Shown here piece after piece: positions 38,325 to 46,180 of a DNA stretch of 64,000 nt. The stretch's first letter is position 1. Each line of letters begins with the position of its first letter. The DNA comes from an uncultured SAR86 cluster bacterium. GTDB taxonomy: Bacteria > Pseudomonadota > Gammaproteobacteria > Magnimaribacterales > D2472. The stretch lies in contig CACJSU010000001.1 in assembly GCA_902596165.1 (NCBI GenBank), forward strand, positions 65,718 through 129,717. Reading direction: 5' to 3'. Made by a program: the position numbers and the translations under genes. The notes below the pieces were generated by a model, which ran no database searches, was not told where the DNA came from, and was given only the letters and a program-made list of their open reading frames with translations.

Positions 38325-40013
38325 ATGTCTAACCTTCCATTAATTGTTGGTTATGGTGGAATTAACGCGGCTGGGAGATCAATCTTTGATTTCTCTCATC
38401 ATAGAATGCTTTTTGATAGCATCAATTCTAAAAATCAAACTGAGGTGCTACAAAGTCTTGGTCACCTAATGGGGACAAATTCAAGAGAAAAGATTCTACA
38501 GAAAACTCTTATTCGAACTATTGATGATGATTTTTTTAAAGATCATAATTTTAGATCTCCTGAATTACCTACACTGGCTGGAGGACAACTACCCTCAGGA
38601 TTTAATCCTGCCGATACTTACAATTCCAGACAGCACCCACGCAGTCTTGCAATGACTATTTTTGGTTTATCTGATGCCGTAATGAGTCTGGGTTTGCCAT
38701 GGGAAGAAATTCTTCTAAAAGTGCCTCGACAAAAAATCTCATGCGTCTCTGGCTGCGCTGTTGCTCAAGCCGATAAATACGGAATGGGAGGGATGTTTCA
38801 AGCACCCATGGCTGGTTCTAGAATCACAAGCAAACATATGGCTATGTCATTAGGGGAAGGCAGTGCAGATTTTAGTCACGCTTACGTACTAGGTAGCATG
38901 GGATCTACTGGTAACTACACCGGTGCATGTGCAACTTTTCAATACAATCTAAAACTAGGAATCTCCATGATTCAATCTGGAGAATCTTTGATAAGCATAG
39001 TTGGAGCAGCAGAATCTGGAATTGTTCCTGAGATATATGAAGCATTTTCTGCTACCAAAGGGTTGGCAGAAGATGAAAATCTTATGAAGCTTCAAGCAAA
39101 ACTAGGTGAAGAGTCTGATCAGCCTAATCATAGAAAAATTTGTAGACCCTTTGGTGAAAATATTGGGATGAGCCTGGGGGAGTCTGCACAGTTTGTGATT
39201 TTGATGGCAGATAGTCTGGCTATTGAGCTTGGTCTCAATATTCATGGTGCAGCATTGTCTAGCCACATTCACGCTGATGGTTATAAGAAATCAATTTCCG
39301 GCCCTGGCGCTGGAAACTACTTAACAGTTGGCAAAGCATTCAGCGAAATTAAAAGACATTTCGGTGAAGACGCCCTGAATAAAATTATTTTTCATGCACA
39401 TGGGACTAGTACCCCGCAAAATAGAGAAAGTGAATCTCATATTATCTCAAGTATTTCTAAAGCTTTTGACATCAAATCTTTACCTGTGACTGCTATTAAA
39501 TCTTACCTCGGTCATTCTCTAGCAGCAGCAGGAGGCGATCAAATGATTAGCACTCTTGGAAGCTGGAGGAATAATTTAATTCCAGGAATAACCTCTACTC
39601 CAAAACTTGCTGAGAATGTATATACTGAAAATGTAAATTTCTTATTAGAAAATTTAGAATTTGAGAACAATGATTTTGATTTTGCAATTTTGAATGCAAA
39701 AGGCTTTGGAGGCAATAATGGCACTGCTTTGATTGCCTCGCCCTCTAAAACAAAAGCAATGTTGCAAAGTAAATATTCAAAAGATCAAATAAAAAAATAT
39801 CATAAGCAAAAAGAAAAAATTGATAATCAATTAATAGAAAGCAAAAATACGATTCTTCAAGGCGAAATCAAGTCTAGATATATTTTTGGTGAAAATGTAA
39901 TTGATGGAATGAATGATTTTGATGTTGAATCTCACCAAATCACTAATAAATTAAACAATGAGAAGTTTAATTTAGAATCAACTCTGCCTTACCAAGAATT
40001 TTTTGAAAAATAA
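38325..40013 (+). CDS. fabY: FabY-class beta-ketoacyl-ACP synthase (PA5174-like KAS I/II-domain initiating enzyme)
   Basis: 562 aa with a Cys-His-His KS triad context (TGACATFQYNL, HAHGTSTPQNR, KSYLGHSLAAAGG, NAKGFGGNNG). The N-terminus (MSNLPLIVGYGGINAAGRS) and RPFGENIGMSLGES match what I recall of P. aeruginosa FabY. This has not been checked by alignment. Confidence 0.6.
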   Translation: MSNLPLIVGYGGINAAGRSIFDFSHHRMLFDSINSKNQTEVLQSLGHLMGTNSREKILQKTLIRTIDDDFFKDHNFRSPELPTLAGGQLPSGFNPADTYNSRQHPRSLAMTIFGLSDAVMSLGLPWEEILLKVPRQKISCVSGCAVAQADKYGMGGMFQAPMAGSRITSKHMAMSLGEGSADFSHAYVLGSMGSTGNYTGACATFQYNLKLGISMIQSGESLISIVGAAESGIVPEIYEAFSATKGLAEDENLMKLQAKLGEESDQPNHRKICRPFGENIGMSLGESAQFVILMADSLAIELGLNIHGAALSSHIHADGYKKSISGPGAGNYLTVGKAFSEIKRHFGEDALNKIIFHAHGTSTPQNRESESHIISSISKAFDIKSLPVTAIKSYLGHSLAAAGGDQMISTLGSWRNNLIPGITSTPKLAENVYTENVNFLLENLEFENNDFDFAILNAKGFGGNNGTALIASPSKTKAMLQSKYSKDQIKKYHKQKEKIDNQLIESKNTILQGEIKSRYIFGENVIDGMNDFDVESHQITNKLNNEKFNLESTLPYQEFFEK

Positions 40014-40125
40014 TTATGGTTTTAATGTCAAGAATTGGTACAAATAATTCCTAAAATCACAGGACAAACGGTTTGAATATACCTTAGAATAATAAAATAT
40101 CCGCGTAAGGAAGGAGAAAAGGTAC

Positions 40126-40797
40126 ATGTCCTATGACAAAACAAAAACTGACCCTGCTTTAGGGCAAAAGGTACACCAGCATTTAGTTTCAGTGGGAGTA
40201 GAAACTCCAGTTATTGATAATGGTTTATCACGGAAAGAAAAAATAGACAAAATTGAAGATCATTTTGATCAGATTGTTGCAACGTTAGGGCTAGATTTGA
40301 AAGATGACAGCCTAATAGATACGCCAAAACGCGTCGCTAAAATGTATGTCAATGAAATCTTTTGGGGGCTAGATTACGATGCATTTCCAAAAGCAACAGT
40401 GGTTGAAAATAAAATGAATTATAACGAAATGATTGTAGAGAGAAATATTTCAGTGCAATCTAATTGCGAACATCACTTTGTTGTCATTGATGGTTTAGCA
40501 ACGGTTGCCTATGTTCCTAAAAAAAATGTGTTAGGTTTATCAAAAATTAACCGTATTGTTGAATATTTTTCTAAGAGACCTCAGATTCAAGAGCGTTTGA
40601 CTGAACAAATATATCACGCACTTTCCTTTATCTTAGATACAGAAAATGTGGCAGTGATGGTCGATGCACAACATTATTGCGTTAAGTCGAGAGGTGTTGA
40701 AGATACCGGTAGCTCAACGATTACAAGCAGACTAGGTGGCAGCTTTAAAGAGCATCCTGAAGTAAGAGCAGAGTTTTTATCTTTGCTTAAGGTGTAG
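40126..40797 (+). CDS. folE: GTP cyclohydrolase I
   Basis: 223 aa, with the zinc and active-site motif QSNCEHHF and RPQIQERLTEQI. Confidence 0.93.
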   Translation: MSYDKTKTDPALGQKVHQHLVSVGVETPVIDNGLSRKEKIDKIEDHFDQIVATLGLDLKDDSLIDTPKRVAKMYVNEIFWGLDYDAFPKATVVENKMNYNEMIVERNISVQSNCEHHFVVIDGLATVAYVPKKNVLGLSKINRIVEYFSKRPQIQERLTEQIYHALSFILDTENVAVMVDAQHYCVKSRGVEDTGSSTITSRLGGSFKEHPEVRAEFLSLLKV

Positions 40798-41149
40798 TTT
40801 GTTCAGGCTGCCCGTCGTCTAGATTAACTTCCTCTGATTCCCCTTCGACAATGCCAACCTCTTCATCAGAATCTGGTTCTTCAGTTTTATCATTGAAAGG
40901 CCACGGTTTAGCATCTGTGTTAAAACTTAGAAAATTTAAAGAGTCACTAAAAAAGTCATGCAACCAATTGTTAGCAGACTGAAGCTGATTATTAATTTTA
41001 GAAGTAAATAAATAAATAAAAAATTGTACTGCAGCAATAATGATGAGAATTCCTACAACACCATTAATTGCAAAAGAATATATGACCATGAAAAAAAATC
41101 GTTTCCATTTATTTAAATCTAATAACTCGTCTTTATTTATGTCATTCAT
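40787..41149 (-). CDS. small membrane protein, DUF4389-like
   Basis: 120 aa with two TM helices, then FLSFNTDAKPWPF and an acidic tail. It overlaps gpsA by 8 nt. The family call is from memory of the DUF4389 pattern. Confidence 0.45.
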   Translation of the reverse strand: MNDINKDELLDLNKWKRFFFMVIYSFAINGVVGILIIIAAVQFFIYLFTSKINNQLQSANNWLHDFFSDSLNFLSFNTDAKPWPFNDKTEEPDSDEEVGIVEGESEEVNLDDGQPEQTTP

Positions 41150-42182
41150 AATGGTTTTCCTTATAACTAAATTCTACATCAACTTCATTGGGGTGATCGA
41201 GCAAATCTTGGATTAATTGTTCTGATGAAGTGTCAGAATACAAAATTTTATATAACGAACTTACCAGCGGCATGCTCACATTCATTTTATTTGCTTCATG
41301 ATAAACAACTTCAAGTGTTCTTGCTCCCTCAGCAACTTGTCCAACTTTGTCTTTTGCATCTAATAGAGAAAGATCTTCTGCAATGAGCTCACCTAACTGA
41401 AAGTTCCTTGATAACTTTGATGTGCATGTTGCCATTAAATCGCCCATGCCTGCTAAACCTAAAAAGGTTATTGGATTTGCGCCCTTAGCCACAGCAAATC
41501 TACTCATCTCTGCCATGCTTCTAGTCACAATAAATCCCAAGGCATTTTCTCCAACTAATTTTGCATGAGCAATACCACAACAAATTGCATAAATATTTTT
41601 CAAGGCTCCAGCCAATTCAACACCTTGTATATCTTGACTGGAAAAGACCTTAAAAGTTTTTGAAGATAGCATTGATTTAATCTCAAAATTTATACTTTCA
41701 TTCTCTGAAGCTATCACGGTTCCAGCTACCTTTTCTTCTGCAATTTCTTTAGCAAGATTTGGACCACTGAGTACGCCGACTCCATCACCTATAATATGTC
41801 CTAGGTGCTGATTGATAATATCTGTCATAGTTCTAAAAGGCTCAGATTTAATTCCTTTAGTGCAAGAAATAACGATCATAGAAGGACCAACCAGTGGCTC
41901 TAAACGAGAAATCACTTCCTCAAAGATTATGCTTGGTGTCGCGACTAAAATATATTGAGAATCTTTAACCACTGAGGCCAAATTATCATTAGCAGTAATG
42001 TTATCTGATAACTTTAATTCAGGATGATAAGTTGCATTTGCGCCCTCAGAATTGATCCTCAGAGCCTGCTCAGCATCTCGAACCCATAAGCGAACTTCAT
42101 AGCCGTTTGATGCCGCGATATTTGCCAAAACCGTGCCAAAGCTCCCACCCCCGAGAACCGCAACTTGTTTTTTGGTCATCAT
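41142..42182 (-). CDS. gpsA: NAD(P)H-dependent glycerol-3-phosphate dehydrogenase
   Basis: 346 aa, with VAVLGGGSFGTVLAN, GPNLAKEIA and ALKNIYAI. Its ATG directly abuts the htpG stop codon. Confidence 0.92.
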   Translation of the reverse strand: MMTKKQVAVLGGGSFGTVLANIAASNGYEVRLWVRDAEQALRINSEGANATYHPELKLSDNITANDNLASVVKDSQYILVATPSIIFEEVISRLEPLVGPSMIVISCTKGIKSEPFRTMTDIINQHLGHIIGDGVGVLSGPNLAKEIAEEKVAGTVIASENESINFEIKSMLSSKTFKVFSSQDIQGVELAGALKNIYAICCGIAHAKLVGENALGFIVTRSMAEMSRFAVAKGANPITFLGLAGMGDLMATCTSKLSRNFQLGELIAEDLSLLDAKDKVGQVAEGARTLEVVYHEANKMNVSMPLVSSLYKILYSDTSSEQLIQDLLDHPNEVDVEFSYKENHYE

Positions 42183-44009
42183 CTATCCTAGATATTTGTC
42201 TAATTGTCTGAGATATTTAGCAGGATCTTTAGGAGACCCACCCTCCGCTATGATTGCATAATCAAATAAGAACTCAGCAAAATTAGAGAATTCTTTACCA
42301 GACATATTACCTAGTTTTTTAATAAGCTTATGTTTTAAATTAACTTCAAATACAGGTTTAGAGTCTGCAAAAGTTTGACCAGAGGCTTCAAGAATGCGCT
42401 TCAGTTGTGCTCCAGGCTCGTCCTTAGAAAGTACCAAGCACGCAGCTGAATCAACAAGACGAGAACTAGCAATTACATCTGAAACTCTTGAGTCTAAAGA
42501 TTTTTTCATCTTATCAATAATTTCTTGCTTTTCTTTGGTGACTCTTGGTTTTTTCGTCCCTTCTTCTAATTCTTCTTTAGCAACATTAACTAATGTTTTT
42601 CCTTTAAACTGCATTAATGTGGACATAAGCCACTCATCAATCCTATCAGTTAAAAGTAAAACTTCTGTTCCGTTCGCCTTTAAATGCTCAATATGAGGAG
42701 AGTTGGCAGCAGCTTCGTAAGTATCTGCGATGGAGTAGTAAATTTTCTCCTCATCAGAATTCATTCGTTCGATGTATTGATCCATAGTGGTATCAACTTT
42801 ATTTTCTTCAGATGCGGTGCTGGCAAACAAAAAGAGCTCAGCAATAGATTCAGAATTCTCATAATCCTCGGCAGGACCCTCTTTAATTACCAGACCAAAT
42901 TCCTTCCAAAATTTTTGATAGTCTTCAGGTTGATCTTTTTGCATTTTTTTCAAGGTATCCAGTACCCTCTTACTCAAGCCTTTTTTAATTGAATCAACCA
43001 GAGGGTGATCTTGGAGTATTTCTCTGGAAACATTAAGAGGCAAGTCACTTGAATCAACCACACCCTTAACGAAACGTAGATACAAAGGAAGGAAATGAGC
43101 AGCATCATCCATAATAAAGACTCGCTGGATAAATAACTTAATTCCTCTAGGGGTATCTCTATTCCAAAGATCATACGGAGATTTTTCAGGTATAAAAAGT
43201 AAACTTGAATATTCTTGCTTACCCTCAACTTTATTATGCATCCAAGTTAAAGGATCATTGGAGTCATAAGTTATAAACTTATAAAATTCTTTATACTCAT
43301 CTGCTTTGACGGATCTCTTTGATTTTAACCAGATAGCTTCGGAATCATTGATAGTTTCTGGCTCTCCCTCTTCAGGATTTAAAACCAATGGAAAGTTAAT
43401 GTATTGTGAATATTTTTGTAACAAAAACTTAACCCGCATCAATTCAGAAAATTCTTTATTGTCTTCTTTAAGATGAACGGTTATCTTGGTTCCCCTTTCT
43501 TCTTTTGGAATCTTTGAAAGCTGGTAAGTGTCCTCTCCAGCACTCTCCCACATAACAGCCTCATCCGAAGATACATTTGCTGATCTAGAGTGAACCGATA
43601 CTTTTTCTGCAACCATAAATACGGAGTAAAAACCCACTCCAAATTGTCCTATCAAATTAGAGTCTTTTTTCTTATCGCCAGTCATTTCAGATAAAAATTG
43701 AGCGGTACCAGATTTAGCTATAGTTCCAATGTTTTCAATAATTTCATCTTCCGTCATGCCGATTCCGTTATCTGCGATGGTAACGGTATTATTTTGAGAA
43801 TTTAAACTAATATTTATTTTTAAATCAGTGTCTCCTTCTAATAACTTTGAGTTTTCAATAGCATTAAATCGAAGCTTATCAAGAGCATCGGAAGAGTTAG
43901 ATACTAGCTCTCGCAGAAAAATTTCTTTGTTCGAATACAATGAATGGATCATCAGCTGTAAAAGCTGCTTGGTTTCAGTTTGAAAAGATTTTGTTTTTGG
44001 TCTAGCCAT
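42183..44009 (-). CDS. htpG: molecular chaperone HtpG (Hsp90)
   Basis: 608 aa, with ELVSNSSDALDKLRF, GQFGVGFYS and LNVSREILQ. Confidence 0.97.
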   Translation of the reverse strand: MARPKTKSFQTETKQLLQLMIHSLYSNKEIFLRELVSNSSDALDKLRFNAIENSKLLEGDTDLKINISLNSQNNTVTIADNGIGMTEDEIIENIGTIAKSGTAQFLSEMTGDKKKDSNLIGQFGVGFYSVFMVAEKVSVHSRSANVSSDEAVMWESAGEDTYQLSKIPKEERGTKITVHLKEDNKEFSELMRVKFLLQKYSQYINFPLVLNPEEGEPETINDSEAIWLKSKRSVKADEYKEFYKFITYDSNDPLTWMHNKVEGKQEYSSLLFIPEKSPYDLWNRDTPRGIKLFIQRVFIMDDAAHFLPLYLRFVKGVVDSSDLPLNVSREILQDHPLVDSIKKGLSKRVLDTLKKMQKDQPEDYQKFWKEFGLVIKEGPAEDYENSESIAELFLFASTASEENKVDTTMDQYIERMNSDEEKIYYSIADTYEAAANSPHIEHLKANGTEVLLLTDRIDEWLMSTLMQFKGKTLVNVAKEELEEGTKKPRVTKEKQEIIDKMKKSLDSRVSDVIASSRLVDSAACLVLSKDEPGAQLKRILEASGQTFADSKPVFEVNLKHKLIKKLGNMSGKEFSNFAEFLFDYAIIAEGGSPKDPAKYLRQLDKYLG

Positions 44010-44035
44010 AATAATTATTTATCCCCTTTGAAACG

Positions 44036-44063
44036 ATATGGTGCTTAAAAGATCAAGTTCAAG
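44036..44063 (-). promoter_or_regulatory. sigma32-type heat-shock promoter of htpG
   Basis: The minus strand reads CTTGAA (44063-44058), N14, CACCATAT (44043-44036), against the consensus CTTGAA-N13-15-CCCCATNT. It lies about 27 nt upstream of the htpG ATG, with an AAGGGGA SD in between. Confidence 0.6.
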
Positions 44064-44070
44064 CATTAGT

Positions 44071-44211
44071 TCAATTTTTTTTTGATTCAGCTTTACACTT
44101 TTTGCTGCAAAATTTTACCTCATCCCATGCTCTTTCCCATTTTTTTCTCCAGGTAAATGAGCGATAGCAGTTTTCGCAAACTTTGGTTTCCAGATTTAAT
44201 TTTTTATGCAA
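44071..44211 (-). CDS. DUF2256 zinc-ribbon mini-protein (46 aa), absent from the ORF track
   Basis: It translates to (TTG)HKKLNLETKVCENCYRSFTWRKKWERAWDEVKFCSKKCKAESKKN. The C-x2-C...RKKW..WDEVK.CS..C pattern is the DUF2256 signature as I recall it. The only in-frame start is the TTG at 44211, and no clear SD is present. Confidence 0.6.
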   Translation of the reverse strand: MHKKLNLETKVCENCYRSFTWRKKWERAWDEVKFCSKKCKAESKKN

Positions 44212-44219
44212 AATAGAAT

Positions 44220-44618
44220 TTAATCAATTAATAAGAAGAACTGAATAATGCTTAGAGCAAGAATTACGATGGTACAATAAACACTTACACCATGAGAGAA
44301 TGAAAATACTCTATTCCAACCTCTATCTTTTGCAGCATTTGTTATCGGAATTCCGATCAGTCCAACCAATGCGTGAACAGAAAGATTAAATCCTAACCAC
44401 CAGGTCAATACCGAATCTTGGAAGTAAAGAATAGATAAAGCTGGAAGCGATAAAAGAAATATCAGCATATAATATCGAGGAAAGATTGCTCGCAAAAAAC
44501 GAGATGCTTCTTCTTCTTCAAGAGTTTTAAATATGATTGGAGTGGTTAAAAGAAGATGGCAAAGGATTACTCCAGCAATCATTAGATTGAAGAATATAAG
44601 TGCTATTTGACTGCTCAT
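44220..44618 (-). CDS. 4-TM membrane protein, DUF4149-like
   Basis: 132 aa, with TTPIIFKTLEEEEASRFLRAIFPRYY resembling the DUF4149 (TMEM205-like) N-terminal pattern. It starts 12 nt after the tRNA-Asp 3' end. Confidence 0.4.
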   Translation of the reverse strand: MSSQIALIFFNLMIAGVILCHLLLTTPIIFKTLEEEEASRFLRAIFPRYYMLIFLLSLPALSILYFQDSVLTWWLGFNLSVHALVGLIGIPITNAAKDRGWNRVFSFSHGVSVYCTIVILALSIIQFFLLID

Positions 44619-44630
44619 ACTTTATTCAAA

Positions 44631-44708
44631 TGGCGATCCGGACGAGACTCGAACTCGCAACCTCCGCCGTGACAGGGCGGCGTTCTAACCAAATTGAACT
44701 ACCGGACC
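44631..44708 (-). tRNA. tRNA-Asp (GUC)
   Basis: The reverse complement is GGTCCGGTAGTTCAATTTGGTTAGAACGCCGCCCTGTCACGGCGGAGGTTGCGAGTTCGAGTCTCGTCCGGATCGCCA. The anticodon loop is CUGUCAC and it is 78 nt. Confidence 0.92.
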
Positions 44709-44722
44709 GCGAACGCTTGTGA

Positions 44723-44750
44723 ATGATAGCTTTTTTTAAGTTTTCTGCAA
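44723..44750 (-). promoter_or_regulatory. candidate sigma70 promoter for tRNA-Asp
   Basis: The minus strand reads TTGCAG (44750-44745), N16, TATCAT (44728-44723). The -10 element ends 14 nt before the mature tRNA 5' end, which predicts a leader of about 8 nt. Confidence 0.35.
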
Positions 44751-44901
44751 CTTATTTTTTATGTACCTTTTAATAAATATTTTGTCAAATTTAATGTATA
44801 TAAAAATGTAAAATTATTTTACTCAAAAGTTTAATTTTTGATATTCTGTAATAACTTTCCATGGGGGAGAGTATTAATATATTAATAATTAGGAGTGTTA
44901 A

Positions 44902-45636
44902 ATGAAATATTTATTGGCTCTCATTGGTTTGATAAGCATGCCATCATTTGCTTCAACAGGTGATCTTCAAACTAGTGATTTGACGGGTATTTCCTTTTGG
45001 CTTGTAACTGCAGCTATGCTTGCAGCTACTGTATTCTTTTTCGCAGAGAGAGATAATGTCGAAGGTAAGTGGAAAACATCTTTATCAGTAGCAGGTTTAG
45101 TTACTGGTGTTGCATTCTGGCACTATCTCTATATGAGAGGTGTTTGGGTAGACACTGGAACATCGCCTACTGTATACAGATACATTGACTGGTTAATTAC
45201 AGTTCCGCTTCAAGTAATTGAATTCTATTTAATTCTTAGAGTGTGTACGAATGTTTCTTCAGGTTTATTCTGGAAACTATTAGGTGCTTCTGTAGTTATG
45301 CTAGTTGCTGGTTTCATGGGTGAAACAGGCTCTAATGCAATGATTTGCTTTGTTGTAGGAATGGCGGCTTGGTTATACATCATATATGAAGTCTTTACAG
45401 GAGAAGCTGGAAAGTTAAATGCTTCTAGCGGCAATGCTGCTGCACAACAAGCATTCAGCACAATCAGACTAATTGTGACCGTTGGTTGGGCGATCTATCC
45501 AATTGGATATTTCCTCGGAATGGGAGCTAATCCTGATATGGCTAATGCTAACCTTATCTATAACCTTGCAGATTTTATTAACAAAATCGCATTTGGTTTA
45601 GCTATTTGGGCTGCTGCAGTTAGCGACAAAGAGTAA
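44902..45636 (+). CDS. proteorhodopsin, proton-pump type, blue-tuned (Gln at the spectral tuning position)
   Basis: 244 aa with a signal peptide. In RYIDWLITVPLQVIEF, Asp96 is the acceptor, Gln104 (CAA at 45211-45213) is equivalent to position 105 of green PR, and Glu107 is the donor. The Schiff-base Lys228 lies in NLADFINKIAFGL. An AGGAG SD precedes the start. Confidence 0.95.
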   Translation: MKYLLALIGLISMPSFASTGDLQTSDLTGISFWLVTAAMLAATVFFFAERDNVEGKWKTSLSVAGLVTGVAFWHYLYMRGVWVDTGTSPTVYRYIDWLITVPLQVIEFYLILRVCTNVSSGLFWKLLGASVVMLVAGFMGETGSNAMICFVVGMAAWLYIIYEVFTGEAGKLNASSGNAAAQQAFSTIRLIVTVGWAIYPIGYFLGMGANPDMANANLIYNLADFINKIAFGLAIWAAAVSDKE

Positions 45637-45650
45637 TTATTTATTCTGTA

Positions 45651-45681
45651 AAAAAGCCCGGAACTTTCCGGGCTTTTTTTT
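45651..45681. terminator. bidirectional intrinsic terminator between proteorhodopsin and tRNA-Val
   Basis: A5, GCCCGG (45656-45661), loop, CCGGGC (45668-45673), T8 (45674-45681). The A-run and T-run flanks allow termination in both directions. Confidence 0.8.
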
Positions 45682-45688
45682 GCATATT

Positions 45689-45764
45689 TGGTGGGTGATG
45701 ACAGGCTCGAACTGCCGACCCTCTCGGTGTAAACGAGATGCTCTCCCAACTGAGCTAATCACCC
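45689..45764 (-). tRNA. tRNA-Val (UAC)
   Basis: The reverse complement is GGGTGATTAGCTCAGTTGGGAGAGCATCTCGTTTACACCGAGAGGGTCGGCAGTTCGAGCCTGTCATCACCCACCA. The anticodon loop is UUUACAC and it is 76 nt. Confidence 0.93.
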
Positions 45765-45769
45765 AATAT

Positions 45770-46180
45770 TTAAAATAGTGCCTTAAGTTGATCTTCCATA
45801 GCTTGGTAATCCCAAAAGGCCCGTAATGATACTATTTTATCACTTGAATTTACACGATAAATTACAATCATTTTTGTTTCTATTTTTACATCTCCAACAA
45901 CATTTACTATTTCTGCATAGTTAGCGCACTCCTCCGCACATGGAATCGACTCTAAGATGTTAAATTCAATATTGCCATTGGCGATAACAGTATCATAAAA
46001 TTTTTCAATTGCAGCTATCCCTTGGTGACCATTCCCCTCTGGATCTAGTGGACTTTTGCCAATGGGATCCTGGACTATGGCATCTTTATCAAACAGGGCT
46101 AACCAATTTTTTTTATCTTTTGCTACGGCATAATCTCGCGAGAGAAAGCCAAGTTCTTGCGCTTTAGTTTTGGGTTTCAT
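45770..46180 (-). CDS. NTF2/SnoaL-like (ketosteroid-isomerase-fold) protein
   Basis: 136 aa, with the pattern WLALFDKDAIVQDPIG...GIAAIEKFYD typical of SnoaL-like domains. Its stop lies 5 nt before the tRNA-Val 5' end. Confidence 0.55.
   Translation of the reverse strand: MKPKTKAQELGFLSRDYAVAKDKKNWLALFDKDAIVQDPIGKSPLDPEGNGHQGIAAIEKFYDTVIANGNIEFNILESIPCAEECANYAEIVNVVGDVKIETKMIVIYRVNSSDKIVSLRAFWDYQAMEDQLKALF

Noticed and set aside
40014-40125. A possible THF or folE-motif riboswitch upstream of folE. TACCTT (40080-40085) can pair with AAGGTA (40119-40124) around a small UCC-GCGUAA-GGA hairpin next to the SD.
   Set aside because: The pairings are only 3-6 bp in AT-rich DNA. I cannot reproduce any known THF-I or THF-II consensus from memory well enough to claim a match. 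It needs an Infernal scan before it is worth reporting.
44873-44886. A perfect 14-bp palindrome (ATTAATATATTAAT) just upstream of the proteorhodopsin SD.
   Set aside because: It consists only of A and T in a very AT-rich spacer. Such palindromes arise readily by chance, and it has no second feature to support an operator role.
45558-45749. A 63-aa minus-strand ORF.
   Set aside because: It spans the proteorhodopsin 3' end, the bidirectional terminator and tRNA-Val, and is not a plausible gene.
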